DNA from: Defluviitaleaceae bacterium
GTDB taxonomy: Bacteria > Bacillota > Clostridia > Lachnospirales > WQUN01
Direction: 5' to 3'
Assembly (NCBI GenBank): GCA_009788085.1
Contig: WQSB01000002.1
Coordinates: 1 to 57,371, forward strand
Length of the DNA: 57,371 nt
This document shows, piece by piece, positions 18,093-27,880 of this stretch. How positions within the stretch are numbered: position 1 is the stretch's first letter; the number at the start of each line of letters is the position of its first letter. The notes under the pieces are model-generated. The model was not told the DNA's origin. It saw nothing but the letters and a program-made list of their open reading frames with translations, and made no database searches. Position numbers and translations under genes: made by a program.

Positions 18093-18136
18093 TGTATAAG
18101 TTCCTCCTTCACCGTGCTGGCAGTTATGCTAAGACT

Positions 18137-18424
18137 TTAGAATTTTTTGGCTACATCTATGATGACCTTAAAGGCAGACACGCAACCAAGAAATATAAAT
18201 ATAATAAGCAACCAAGGTGTTGTGCCAAGCCAGTTATCCAAAAGCCGCCCCAAAAAAACACCCGCAAACACACACGCGATTGCCGAAAACGCAATTTGCG
18301 ACATAAGGGCCATGGCGCGGGCAATCGTGCGCTTCTCTTCCCCGGTGAAACCCGTTGCATTGGATAACCCGGTTTTCTTACCAAAGCTTTCCTTAGGTTC
18401 TTCTGGCTTGGTTGTATTTTCCAT
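18137..18424 (-). CDS. atpZ: AtpZ/AtpR-type small membrane protein
   Basis: It has two TM segments, FSAIACVFAGVFLGRLLDNWLGTTPWLLIIFIFLG, and is the first gene of the atp operon. Confidence 0.6.
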   Translation of the reverse strand: MENTTKPEEPKESFGKKTGLSNATGFTGEEKRTIARAMALMSQIAFSAIACVFAGVFLGRLLDNWLGTTPWLLIIFIFLGCVSAFKVIIDVAKKF

Positions 18425-18517
18425 TTATTGCACCCCAGCTTTTTGGGTGAAGCTGTGTTTGCACACACCTTTTGCTATAATAACAAAGATCTTAGAAAAT
18501 GTCATATGAAGATTTTG

Positions 18518-19240
18518 TTAAGATTCTGTTAGGGCAATTTTTAAAGCGTGCAAAACTTTTTTTTCGATGCGGGACACCTGAACCTGAGACACGCCTATGG
18601 CCTTGGCAACCTCCATTTGTGTTTTATCTTGAAAATATCTTAAAATTATTACCTGACGCTCCTTAGGTTTCAGTCGTTCGATTAGCTGCTTTAGCGCGAG
18701 GATATTTATTGTCTGCTCGCTGTCGTCATTGCTGCGGGCGACTTTGTCTATCAAAAAGATTGGACTTCCGTCGCCTTGGTAAATTGTGGCGTGAAGGGAT
18801 TCTACGTCCATCCCGGCCTCCATGGCCACCAGTAAATCCTCCTGCTCCGCGCCGATTTCCGACGCAAGTTCGCTGATTGTGGGCTGACGTCCCAGCTTGG
18901 CCGTTAAGGCTTCCGTGGCGTAACGTGCCTTTGTGGCCATTTCCTTCATGGGGCGCGAAACCTTTATCATGCCATCGTCTCGCAGAAATCGCTTGATTTC
19001 TCCTATTATCATGGGAATCGCATAGGTGGAAAATTTAACGTCAAAGGATGAGTCAAATTTCCGGATACACTTCAATAAGCCGATTGCCCCGATTTGATAC
19101 AGGTCATCCGGCTCATATCCGCGTTTGGCGAATTTTTTTACAACAGACCATACTAGCCCGCTGTTTTCCCTTATTAACTGCTCCGCCGCGTCGTTGTCCC
19201 CCTCTTGAGCGCGGGCGATTAAAGCTAAGGTCAGATTCAT
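18518..19240 (-). CDS. sigF: Sporulation sigma factor F
   Basis: It has sigma-70 regions 2-4 (DLYQIGAIGLLKCIRKFD, FSTYAIPMIIGEIKRFLRD) and lies immediately downstream of spoIIAB with an overlapping stop/start. Confidence 0.9.
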   Translation of the reverse strand: MNLTLALIARAQEGDNDAAEQLIRENSGLVWSVVKKFAKRGYEPDDLYQIGAIGLLKCIRKFDSSFDVKFSTYAIPMIIGEIKRFLRDDGMIKVSRPMKEMATKARYATEALTAKLGRQPTISELASEIGAEQEDLLVAMEAGMDVESLHATIYQGDGSPIFLIDKVARSNDDSEQTINILALKQLIERLKPKERQVIILRYFQDKTQMEVAKAIGVSQVQVSRIEKKVLHALKIALTES

Positions 19241-19671
19241 TTAAACGCCCCTAGCTTCCTTGTCATTGTCACCGTAGTGCCAGCCCCCGGATTTGATTCG
19301 ATTTTTACATCGTCCATAAAGGATTCCATCACCGTAAAACCCAGCCCGGAACGCTCCATTTCGGGTTTGGTTGTGAACAGCGGCTCTTTTGCGGATTCGA
19401 TGTCTTCTATTCCGACGCCTTTGTCGGATATTTTAATGGAAAGAATATTTTCTTTAACGGAAAGCTCCATCGTTACGATGCTTGAGTCTGCGGCCCCTGC
19501 GTAGCCGTGGATGATTGCATTTGTTACCGCTTCGGATATGGCGGTTTTTATGTCGGTTACTTCGCCCACGGTGGCGTCCCAGGGTGTGAGGAATCCAGCC
19601 GCCACAACCCGCGCAAGGGATACATTTTCCGATTTTGCTTCTATTTCCAATTTAATAAAGTTATCATTCAT
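19237..19671 (-). CDS. spoIIAB: Anti-sigma F factor (serine kinase)
   Basis: It has HATPase-like motifs (EAVTNAIIHG, DKGVGI, GLGF) and lies between spoIIAA and sigF. Confidence 0.9.
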   Translation of the reverse strand: MNDNFIKLEIEAKSENVSLARVVAAGFLTPWDATVGEVTDIKTAISEAVTNAIIHGYAGAADSSIVTMELSVKENILSIKISDKGVGIEDIESAKEPLFTTKPEMERSGLGFTVMESFMDDVKIESNPGAGTTVTMTRKLGAFK

Positions 19672-20017
19672 TTTGAGTGCCTCCCAAAACTAAAAGCGCG
19701 TCTGTTACCGTTACCGTTTTTAACACGATTTTCGCCAGCCCTGAAATTTCAAAAAGCCGTGCTATGGGGTCGCTCATTTCGGCTAAGGCCAATTTTCCGC
19801 CTCGCTTTTCCGCGTTCTTGTAACGGCCTATTATCAAGCCTATTCCCGATGAGTCCATGAATGTTATTTCCGCCATGTTCAGCAAAATGTGCCGGCAGGA
19901 CGACTTTTCAAATGCCGCGTCTATCTGTGCGCGCATACGTTCGGTTTGGTGATGGTCCATCTCGCCGCTTAGGTTTGCAACCAACACGCGGTTTTGTATG
20001 TCAATTTGTAATCCCAT
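19664..20017 (-). CDS. spoIIAA: Anti-sigma F factor antagonist (STAS domain)
   Basis: STAS-domain features are present, including the phosphorylatable DSSGIG motif. It is the first gene of the operon. Confidence 0.9.
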   Translation of the reverse strand: MGLQIDIQNRVLVANLSGEMDHHQTERMRAQIDAAFEKSSCRHILLNMAEITFMDSSGIGLIIGRYKNAEKRGGKLALAEMSDPIARLFEISGLAKIVLKTVTVTDALLVLGGTQNE

Positions 20018-20167
20018 GTCACTTAGACCTCACTTCCATAAAATGTAATTTACCCTATCATAATGAAAAAATCTTAGACATGCAATAGTTTTAACATTTT
20101 TTGTGGTATACTACTGAGCAGAATCACGGAGCAATTGTGTAAATGTAGCAAAGAGAGGTGCTTTTAA

Positions 20168-20653
20168 ATGTTCTTTAAAAAATCCAATGCGCCCACCGCC
20201 AGCCTTGACGCGCCAAATACTGTCATCGGCAAAGGCATGTATCTTGAAGCCGCAAGGCTTTCCGGCAACGAATCCGTCCGTATCGACGGAATCTATAAGG
20301 GGCAAATCGACATCGACGGCTCCCTTGTGCTGGGCGACAGCGGCTCTGTTGCCGGAGATGTCCGGGCAAATTACTTCCTTGTGGCGGGGGAAGTCACAGG
20401 AAATATCAATTGCAGCTCACAGCTGCACTTTGCTTCCACCGCGAAAATTTTTGGTGATGTGCAGGCCTCTTCTTTGATTGTGGACGAGGGAGCGCAGGTT
20501 TCCGGGAAATATGCAATCGGCGCGCAAAAGGTCGCACCCGAAGCCGCCATCGAAACCACTCAAGAAGAACGGCTGCGGCTTACGGGCGAAGGCGAGCAAA
20601 GCGGCCTCCATTCGGACGAGCAGGCCGTTATATCGTCCATCTGGCATGATTAA
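20168..20653 (+). CDS. Bactofilin-family polymer-forming protein
   Basis: A repetitive beta-helix pattern runs through IDGIYKGQIDIDGSLVLGDSGSVAGDVRANYFLVAGEVTGNINCSS...IFGDVQASSLIVDEGAQVSG. Confidence 0.8.
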   Translation: MFFKKSNAPTASLDAPNTVIGKGMYLEAARLSGNESVRIDGIYKGQIDIDGSLVLGDSGSVAGDVRANYFLVAGEVTGNINCSSQLHFASTAKIFGDVQASSLIVDEGAQVSGKYAIGAQKVAPEAAIETTQEERLRLTGEGEQSGLHSDEQAVISSIWHD

Positions 20654-21629
20654 GCTTAGGAGGATTGCTGCATTCGCATTAGTGTTCGCGCTTTCTTTTG
20701 TCACGCTTGGGTTTGTGGTTTTTTATTCCGTTTTGGCGGATGAATACGAGTACTCAATCGACGCGCCTCCCATTGACGTGGTTCTGCTTATCGACGTAAG
20801 CGGTTCGATGCGGTTTACAGACCCTAATCGCGCCGCTCTTTCCGGTGCGGCTGATTTTATTGAGATGCTGTCAGTCGGCGAGTCCCGGGTTGGGGTTATT
20901 GGCTTTTCCGGGCGTATGCAGTATTATCTGCCGCTACGCTTGCTTGAGGACGAGTACACAGTGGCGGATTTTCGCCGAGAAATCACGGCATTTCAATATG
21001 TGGGCTACACGGATATCGGCATGGCTCTTCTGGCCGCGGCGGAAATGCTTTACAATACGGAAAATTTGCAGAACCCGATGATTCTACTGATGTCGGACGG
21101 ATGGATTCAAATCAGCCGGCATGTGCCAGACCGCACGGCGGCAGATTCCTTTGCCGATGTGGAAGCCGCCTTGGATTTGCTTGAGAGGACCGTTCCCGTG
21201 TATACTGTGGGACTGCATAACCCCCAAGGCGTGGACGTGGAGCTTTTGGAGATGATTGCTGAACGCAGTGATGCTCACGCGCAGTTCACCGACGACGCAA
21301 ACGACCTGCCGAAAATATTTATCTCCATATTGGAAGCACATATTGACTCGATTCCCAAGCCGGAACCCGAACCCGAGCCGATATATGAAGCAGAAATCGA
21401 GCCTGAATATTTTGAAGAATATGAATATGAAAGTGACCATGACTACGACCACGCGGAAGATGAATACGAATACGATGATTATGACGAATATGCGGAAGAA
21501 GCCGAGCCTGAAATTGAAGACGATGAGCCGGATGTTCAAAGCAGCAGCCTTTTATATGTACTGGCAATATTTTCGGGCTTGCTGGCAACAGTGGGCACGG
21601 CGAGATTTATTAGAGCGGTGATGAAATGA
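20646..21629 (+). CDS. Membrane-anchored von Willebrand factor A (VWA) protein with acidic Tyr/Glu/Asp-rich tail
   Basis: ATG overlaps the bactofilin stop (ATGATTAA). It has an N-terminal TM, MIDAS motif DVSGS, the tail EYFEEYEYESDHDYDHAEDEYEYDDYDEYAEE and a C-terminal TM. Confidence 0.8.
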   Translation: MIKLRRIAAFALVFALSFVTLGFVVFYSVLADEYEYSIDAPPIDVVLLIDVSGSMRFTDPNRAALSGAADFIEMLSVGESRVGVIGFSGRMQYYLPLRLLEDEYTVADFRREITAFQYVGYTDIGMALLAAAEMLYNTENLQNPMILLMSDGWIQISRHVPDRTAADSFADVEAALDLLERTVPVYTVGLHNPQGVDVELLEMIAERSDAHAQFTDDANDLPKIFISILEAHIDSIPKPEPEPEPIYEAEIEPEYFEEYEYESDHDYDHAEDEYEYDDYDEYAEEAEPEIEDDEPDVQSSSLLYVLAIFSGLLATVGTARFIRAVMK

Positions 21630-22726
21630 AGAATAAAAACGAGCCTGTCTATTACGGCGGCCAAGCCGTGATGGAGGGCATTTTGATGCGCGGAACAAAA
21701 GCGTATGCAATGGCGGTGCGCCGCCCAAACGGAGAAATTGTAATAATCGAAAAGCCTCTTTCCACCTTGACCCAGCGATACCCTTTTTTAAAATGGCCGC
21801 TGATTCGGGGCGTTGTGGCATTGTGCAGCTCTATGGCATTGGGGTTTAGCGCGTTGTCCCAGTCTGCGGACATCGCCATGGAAGATGAAGCCCCGCCAGA
21901 GTCTCGCTTCGAAAAATTTCTGATGGATAAGCTGGGCGACAGGTTCAACGATATTTTGAAAATACTGGCCATGGTGCTGGCGGTTATTATTGCCGTGGGA
22001 TTGTTTATGCTGCTGCCGGCCTTTATCGGCTCGCGGATTAACGCACCCGGGGCTTTTACCGGGGTAATCGAGGGCCTTGTGCGCATTGCTATTTTTGTGG
22101 GATATGTATTTGTGGTCTCCCGCTCAAAGGATATCCAGCGGGTGTTTCAATATCACGGCGCGGAACATAAGGCAATCAATTGCCATGAGGCAAATATGCC
22201 TCTGACAACGGAAAATGTGGCCGCCTGCAACCGTCTGCACAAGCGTTGCGGCACCAGCTTTATGCTGGTGGTAATGGTCATAACGATGCTACTGTTTATG
22301 ATAATTCAAATAGACGGAATCTGGCTGCGTTTCGCGTCGCGGATTTTGCTTTTGCCCGTAATTGCGGGACTTTCCTATGAAGTGAGCGTGAAATGGGCCG
22401 GGCGGCGGGACAACGCTTTGGTTCGCGCAATCATCGCCCCCGGGATGCTGATGCAACGCCTGACCACGGTTGAACCTGAGGTCGACCAAATCGAAGTTGC
22501 CATAACCGCGCTGAACAAATGCCTTGAGCAGGAAAACCCGCCAAAGCTGCCGGAGATTGTACTGATAAACGAGTTGGATGAAAATGAACCGGTTGAGCTG
22601 GTAGAATCTATCGACGAGCCAGCTGATATTTTAGATGCATCCGCGCCAAAACCTAATGTTTTCGCGCTGCCTACAATAGAATTTGAGCCCTTGGAAAAAA
22701 TTAAAACAGGGGCACAAGAAGAATGA
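21626..22726 (+). CDS. DUF1385-family membrane protein
   Basis: The N-terminus YYGGQAVMEGILMRG and the HGAEHKAINC motif are present. It lies in the usual position upstream of prmC. Confidence 0.8.
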   Translation: MKNKNEPVYYGGQAVMEGILMRGTKAYAMAVRRPNGEIVIIEKPLSTLTQRYPFLKWPLIRGVVALCSSMALGFSALSQSADIAMEDEAPPESRFEKFLMDKLGDRFNDILKILAMVLAVIIAVGLFMLLPAFIGSRINAPGAFTGVIEGLVRIAIFVGYVFVVSRSKDIQRVFQYHGAEHKAINCHEANMPLTTENVAACNRLHKRCGTSFMLVVMVITMLLFMIIQIDGIWLRFASRILLLPVIAGLSYEVSVKWAGRRDNALVRAIIAPGMLMQRLTTVEPEVDQIEVAITALNKCLEQENPPKLPEIVLINELDENEPVELVESIDEPADILDASAPKPNVFALPTIEFEPLEKIKTGAQEE

Positions 22727-23583
22727 CACTGGCTGAAGCCCTAAAGCATGGCACGGAAAAAATCGGGCGGCGCGAGGCGATGCTTTTATTATCCCATGCG
22801 TCGGGTTTTTCCGGGTCGAAAATACTTCTTCACAGGGACGAAAGCTTAACCGACTGTGCCTGTGCGATTTATTTAAAATGCTTGGAAAGACGCAATCAAA
22901 ACGAACCACTGCAATACATTATAGGCAAATGGGATTTCATGGGGCTGGAGTTCAACGTAGACAAGCGAGCCCTAATCCCCCGCCCGGAAACAGAATTGCT
23001 GGTGGAAGAAGTTCTGAAATTTATTAAATCACGGCGCAATAATGTCAACTTCTCGCCGCTAAGGGTATTGGACGTTTGTACGGGCAGCGGTTGTATAGCC
23101 TTGGCAATCGTGTGTTTAACCGACGCCAAAACCGTGGCAAGCGTAACCGCAACAGATATATCTCGCGACGCGCTGGCTCTAGCGGAGGAAAACGCCAACA
23201 AGCTGAACATTCCTCCCGGGCGAGTAAATTTTATCGAATCGGACTTAGTTGAACGCTTGCTCAACTGTGGAAACGATAAATTCGATATTGTAATTTCCAA
23301 CCCGCCATATATTTTGCATAATGATATGGCCGGGCTTTCCCAAGACGTCCGCGATTTCGAGCCGCATCTGGCCTTGGACGGTGGAGTGGATGGCCTAGAC
23401 ATCTATCGCCGGTTGATTCCACAAAGCAAAAAAATTTTGCGCCCCGGTGGGGGTTTGTTTTTGGAAATAGGGCCAGTGCAGGTAGCAGATTTGTTGTCTG
23501 ACGCAGGCTTTTTCGATATAGCCATTAAACGCGATTACGCGGGGCTTGATAGAATTGTAACAGGGAGAGTGTTAAATGTTTGA
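22723..23583 (+). CDS. prmC: Release-factor glutamine N5-methyltransferase
   Basis: It has SAM-binding [12 protein letters not shown] and catalytic NPPY (SNPPYI), and lies upstream of prfA. Confidence 0.9.
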   Translation: MTLAEALKHGTEKIGRREAMLLLSHASGFSGSKILLHRDESLTDCACAIYLKCLERRNQNEPLQYIIGKWDFMGLEFNVDKRALIPRPETELLVEEVLKFIKSRRNNVNFSPLRVLDVCTGSGCIALAIVCLTDAKTVASVTATDISRDALALAEENANKLNIPPGRVNFIESDLVERLLNCGNDKFDIVISNPPYILHNDMAGLSQDVRDFEPHLALDGGVDGLDIYRRLIPQSKKILRPGGGLFLEIGPVQVADLLSDAGFFDIAIKRDYAGLDRIVTGRVLNV

Positions 23584-24643
23584 CCGATTAGACGAACTGG
23601 AAACAAAATTTACGGAGTTATCCGACACCATCAGCGACCCGGCGGTTATTGCCGACACGAACCGCTGGCGCGACCTGATGAAGGAGCATAGCGACCTTAC
23701 GCCCGTGATTGACGCCTATCGCGAATTTAAGAGGCTGCGTATTCAAGTGGAGGACGCAAAAACTTTGCTAAACGAAGAATCCGACGAGGAGCTTCGTCAA
23801 TTGGCCAAGGAAGAAATTAAGGAGGGGCAAGACGCGCTGGAGAAAATCAGCGAAGAGCTGAAAGTCCTTCTTCTGCCCAAAGACCCCAACGATGAGAAAA
23901 ATGTAATCGTGGAGATTCGCGGCGGGGCTGGCGGCGACGAGGCCGCGCTTTTTGCGTCAAATTTATATCGTATGTACGGCCTCTATGCCGAACGCCGCCG
24001 CTGGAAAACGGAAATCATGTCCCTCAATGAGAACGGCATCGGCGGTTTTAAAGAGGTTTCCTTTATGATACAAGGGCGCGGGGCGTATTCCCGCCTCAAA
24101 TACGAAAGCGGCGTGCATCGTGTGCAGCGTGTGCCCGCGACGGAATCCAGCGGGCGCATTCACACATCCACCGTCACAGTGGCGGTTTTGCCCGAGGCCG
24201 AAGATTTGGACGTAAACCTGAACATGGCTGACGTCCGCGTGGACATCTATCGTTCGTCGGGCAATGGCGGCCAAAGCGTAAACACCACGGACTCCGCCGT
24301 GCGCGTAACACACACGCCGTCGGGAATAGTTGTGGCCTGCCAGGACGAAAAATCCCAACTTAAAAACAAGGAGAAGGCCCTGAAAATCCTTCGCGCGCGC
24401 CTCTACGACATGGAGCAGGAACGCCTTCACGCAGAACAAAGCGCGGAACGTCGCTCTCAGGTTGGCACCGGCGACCGCAGCGAACGCATCCGCACCTACA
24501 ATTATCCCCAAAGCCGCGTGACAGACCATCGCATCGGCCTGACCCTTCACAAGCTTGACGCGGTTCTCAACGGCGACCTGGACGAAATTTTAGACACCTG
24601 CATCACCCACGACCAAGCGAAAAAATTGCAGGGGACGCAATGA
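23576..24643 (+). CDS. prfA: Peptide chain release factor 1
   Basis: It has the GGQ motif ([16 protein letters not shown]), the RF1 recognition-loop motif [12 protein letters not shown] (PxT) and typical RF1 length. Confidence 0.95.
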   Translation: MFDRLDELETKFTELSDTISDPAVIADTNRWRDLMKEHSDLTPVIDAYREFKRLRIQVEDAKTLLNEESDEELRQLAKEEIKEGQDALEKISEELKVLLLPKDPNDEKNVIVEIRGGAGGDEAALFASNLYRMYGLYAERRRWKTEIMSLNENGIGGFKEVSFMIQGRGAYSRLKYESGVHRVQRVPATESSGRIHTSTVTVAVLPEAEDLDVNLNMADVRVDIYRSSGNGGQSVNTTDSAVRVTHTPSGIVVACQDEKSQLKNKEKALKILRARLYDMEQERLHAEQSAERRSQVGTGDRSERIRTYNYPQSRVTDHRIGLTLHKLDAVLNGDLDEILDTCITHDQAKKLQGTQ

Positions 24644-24647
24644 AAAG

Positions 24648-24702
24648 TGGCCATCTCGCGAACGGCACCGGACAGCGGGATATGCAGGATGCGAGACGGC
24701 CA
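24648..24702. repeat. Decayed copy of the GGCCGTCTCGCGAACGGCACCGG palindromic terminator family
   Basis: GTGGCCATCTCGCGAACGGCACCGG...GCGAGACGGCCA shares its left arm with the copies at 45591 and 57297. It has no T-run. Confidence 0.6.
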
Positions 24703-24710
24703 TTCGTCCT

Positions 24711-26927
24711 TTAATCATCCTGTGCCTTTAAACCTTCCACAATATCAAGAATTCTAATATGCCGTGACGTTATTAAAGCCATTAAGGCTGTAACTGTTAT
24801 TACAACTGTTGCCGCTATAAAATAACTTTGTGGAAAAATTGCGGTTGAAACCACAAAATTTTCACCCGAAAATTCCCCCCGGATATTTTCTAACAAAAAA
24901 TATCCCAATAGAAATCCAAGCGGTATTGCCAGTACAAGCTGTATTACTGCTTCTTTGATGTGCGCCGACAGGATACGCTTGTGCGGATAACCCATAACAC
25001 CCATAAACATATACTCGTACTCTCTTGCGGAAAGGTTAATCATTCCCACGGAATACAGCACGGTAAACCCAAGAATAATTGAGCAGGCAATCAGAAATAT
25101 AACGAGTACCGACATACTCTCCATGACAGAATAAAAACTTGCCCTATCATCATCAATCGTAGAGAAATCAATGCCGTTTTCAATAAGGTATGCGATAAGC
25201 GTTGGCATATCTTCGCTTCGCCCGTAAATCATATTGTAAACCGGGGGTATATCGTCTGATATGCTGTTGATATAATCAAACCCGGTAAAAAGCGTGAGTG
25301 CGAGAAATTGCGGCACTACCGCAGAAACAATAACACTATATCCCCCGGCCTGTAAAATGTCGCCCACGCCAACGCCCCATTCGTTTGCAAAAAATTCCGG
25401 AATAATTACGCCGGTTTGCAAAGCGTAATGGGGAATATTAAGCATATCAAAATCATTTTGAACAATTGCAAGCACATAGTTTGAGCCAAAAATTTCAACA
25501 GGCATGACCAACGCTTTTTGGCTCTCATCCAGCCGTTTAAGTGCAGGGTGAGAAACAGCAAGCGGAATAGGGTCAAAGCTGACAATAACATCATAGTTAG
25601 CAAATTCGTTGAAATATCTGTCCCGTGTACTAACGATAGAATCATTAAAGCCGAGTGAAAAAGCCAGTAACGCGCAGGCACCGCACATACCCAATACAAC
25701 AGCCGCAAACCGCCCCTTGTTACGCAAGGAATTTTTTAATGCGTATCGAGTGTTAAATGACATCCGTTTCCATAGAAATGACACACGTTCAATGAATAGC
25801 CGCTTACTATCTTTTGGTGTTCGCGGGCGCATGGTATGAGCGGGCAAAAGCGGTAAAATTGAGGACAACGCAATTACGCCGGAGATGGCACACAACAGAA
25901 CTGAAACCAACAGTGCAGACAGCCACAATCCCGGATAAAAGAAAAAACTTAGCGTAGGCACTTCAAACATAGAGGAAAAAATGTTTATGATAATATCGCT
26001 TAGAATGATTGAAGAAACGCCGCCCATAAGTGCGCCAACCAATGCCGCAAGACAAAACTGGAGCAGATATATCCCCATGATTTTTTTATCTGACACGCCA
26101 AGAGCCTTCATCGTGCCGATTTGCTTTCTATCTTTTTGAATAGTTCGGGAGAGCATTACATAAATCACAAGGGCAATCAACACAGCAAAAACAAGCGGAA
26201 AAATATATGCAAAACTCCGCAACTGCTCCAAGTCATCAAGATGTAGGTTATAGCTTATTTGGTCGCTACGCATAACAACCCTAAACACGCCGGGCATTTC
26301 CGAAATATCATTAACAGAAACGCCGTCATCGGCAAGGATAACAATTTCATTATAACCCTCACCAAAAAATCCATCAGCGACAAACACAACGCCAAAACTA
26401 TTCGCCTGTGCCATCATATTTCGCTCGTTCTGCACAAGGTAAATATACTCCGGGGAAGCGGCAAGCCCTGTAATTAAAAAGATTCTGCCGCCAAGTGTCA
26501 GATTGTCGCCAAGCGTAAAACCCATCGCATTTGCCGTGCGATTCAAAAGCATAATTTCATTTTCATTTTGCGGCAACCTGCCATCATAAATAAATGGAAT
26601 ATTTATTCCATCGGTCAGCGATATTGCCCTAAAAATCCGCTTATCCTCACGGAAGTCACGGACATTTCTGCCCTGCGCTAAAATAACGCCGTCAAGTTCT
26701 GCCACGAGCCGTGTACTCTCCGTGTCAAACGCACCATGTACGGTAATATTGGCATACGCATGGTCTACAAAATATTGCTGCGCAGTTTCTTCATAACGCA
26801 TGGCAATAGTAAAGAGGGTTATGTAAAGCCCCGCGCCTACTGACAAAAGCAATATTATTCCCATGAGTTGGGATATGTTTGATTTCGCTTTTTTACGGAT
26901 GAGCTGAATCGTTGTTTTTTTCACCAT
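24711..26927 (-). CDS. ABC transporter permease, double FtsX/MacB-type
   Basis: It is 738 aa with about 10 TM segments and two large extracytoplasmic loops. It overlaps the upstream ATPase gene. Confidence 0.8.
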   Translation of the reverse strand: MVKKTTIQLIRKKAKSNISQLMGIILLLSVGAGLYITLFTIAMRYEETAQQYFVDHAYANITVHGAFDTESTRLVAELDGVILAQGRNVRDFREDKRIFRAISLTDGINIPFIYDGRLPQNENEIMLLNRTANAMGFTLGDNLTLGGRIFLITGLAASPEYIYLVQNERNMMAQANSFGVVFVADGFFGEGYNEIVILADDGVSVNDISEMPGVFRVVMRSDQISYNLHLDDLEQLRSFAYIFPLVFAVLIALVIYVMLSRTIQKDRKQIGTMKALGVSDKKIMGIYLLQFCLAALVGALMGGVSSIILSDIIINIFSSMFEVPTLSFFFYPGLWLSALLVSVLLCAISGVIALSSILPLLPAHTMRPRTPKDSKRLFIERVSFLWKRMSFNTRYALKNSLRNKGRFAAVVLGMCGACALLAFSLGFNDSIVSTRDRYFNEFANYDVIVSFDPIPLAVSHPALKRLDESQKALVMPVEIFGSNYVLAIVQNDFDMLNIPHYALQTGVIIPEFFANEWGVGVGDILQAGGYSVIVSAVVPQFLALTLFTGFDYINSISDDIPPVYNMIYGRSEDMPTLIAYLIENGIDFSTIDDDRASFYSVMESMSVLVIFLIACSIILGFTVLYSVGMINLSAREYEYMFMGVMGYPHKRILSAHIKEAVIQLVLAIPLGFLLGYFLLENIRGEFSGENFVVSTAIFPQSYFIAATVVITVTALMALITSRHIRILDIVEGLKAQDD

Positions 26928-27625
26928 GTCACCTCCGAGGGAGCGAGGATTGTGTCGTTTTCGTACATATCAAGAATTTCGCCGCTTCTTAGACTGATTA
27001 CCATATCCGCGATTTTCGCTATCTCTTGATTGTGGGTGATAAAGAGAATAGATGTTTTTCTTTCCCGATGGATTTGTTTTAACACATCCAGCACCATAAT
27101 CCCCGTGTTGAAATCCAGTGCCCCTGTGGGTTCATCGGCAAGCAACACTTTTGGATTTTTTGCTATGGCTCTGGCGATAGATACCCTCTGCTGCTCGCCT
27201 CCCGAAAGCTCCGCAGGATAATGGTTCACGCGCTCGGTTAAGCCAACCATGTTGAGTGCGTTTTCAGCTTCTGTGCGGGATAGATTGGCAAGCTCGGTGG
27301 AAAATTCAACATTTTCAAGCGCGGTTAAATCGGGAAGAAGATTATAACTTTGAAATACGAAGCCGATATTTTCACCACGGAAATCAGTCATTTGCCGCTT
27401 GTTAAAAGCCGTGATGTCAGTTTCGTTGAAGTAAATTTTGCCGGAAGTCGGCCTGTCCATACAACCGAGCATATTAAGCATTGTAGATTTGCCGGAGCCG
27501 CTTGCGCCCAAAATTACGATGAATTTCCCCTGCGGTATGGTCAGGCTAATTTTTTTCAAAGCGGAAACCTTTGCGCCTCCCTCACCATACTCTTTTGATA
27601 AATCCGTGATTGTAAACAGATTCAT
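26921..27625 (-). CDS. ABC transporter ATP-binding protein (MacB/LolD-like)
   Basis: It has Walker [10 protein letters not shown], signature LSGGEQQR and Walker B LLADEPT. Confidence 0.9.
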   Translation of the reverse strand: MNLFTITDLSKEYGEGGAKVSALKKISLTIPQGKFIVILGASGSGKSTMLNMLGCMDRPTSGKIYFNETDITAFNKRQMTDFRGENIGFVFQSYNLLPDLTALENVEFSTELANLSRTEAENALNMVGLTERVNHYPAELSGGEQQRVSIARAIAKNPKVLLADEPTGALDFNTGIMVLDVLKQIHRERKTSILFITHNQEIAKIADMVISLRSGEILDMYENDTILAPSEVTW

Positions 27626-27661
27626 TGCCCACCTCCAAAATTATTTTGAAATTCAACTAAA

Positions 27662-27697
27662 TAAAAAACTCATGTACAGCCAAAGCCATACATGAGT
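27662..27697 (-). terminator. Intrinsic terminator 37 nt upstream of the ABC ATPase start (leader attenuator or terminator of upstream gene)
   Basis: The minus strand reads ACTCATGTA-TGGCTTTGGCTG-TACATGAGT followed by TTTTTTA. Confidence 0.65.
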
Positions 27698-27801
27698 CTC
27701 GTTCATTAAAGCAAGCCAGACCGTTTCGGGTCAGTATGTTGACTTGCCACGCGATGTACCGCGCAAACTACTCCCTCATGGGGTATTTATTTGTGAGTTT
27801 G

Positions 27802-27831
27802 AGTGTAGCACGGCAAGATGGTCATATTCAA
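27802..27831 (-). promoter_or_regulatory. Possible sigma-A promoter for the ABC operon leader
   Basis: The minus strand reads TTGAAT, an 18-nt spacer with TGC, then TACACT (extended -10 like). Confidence 0.35.
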
Positions 27832-27880
27832 GCCTTTTTTGCAAAAATTTCAGCCAGCTTTGATACTGTTTCAAAAACTG

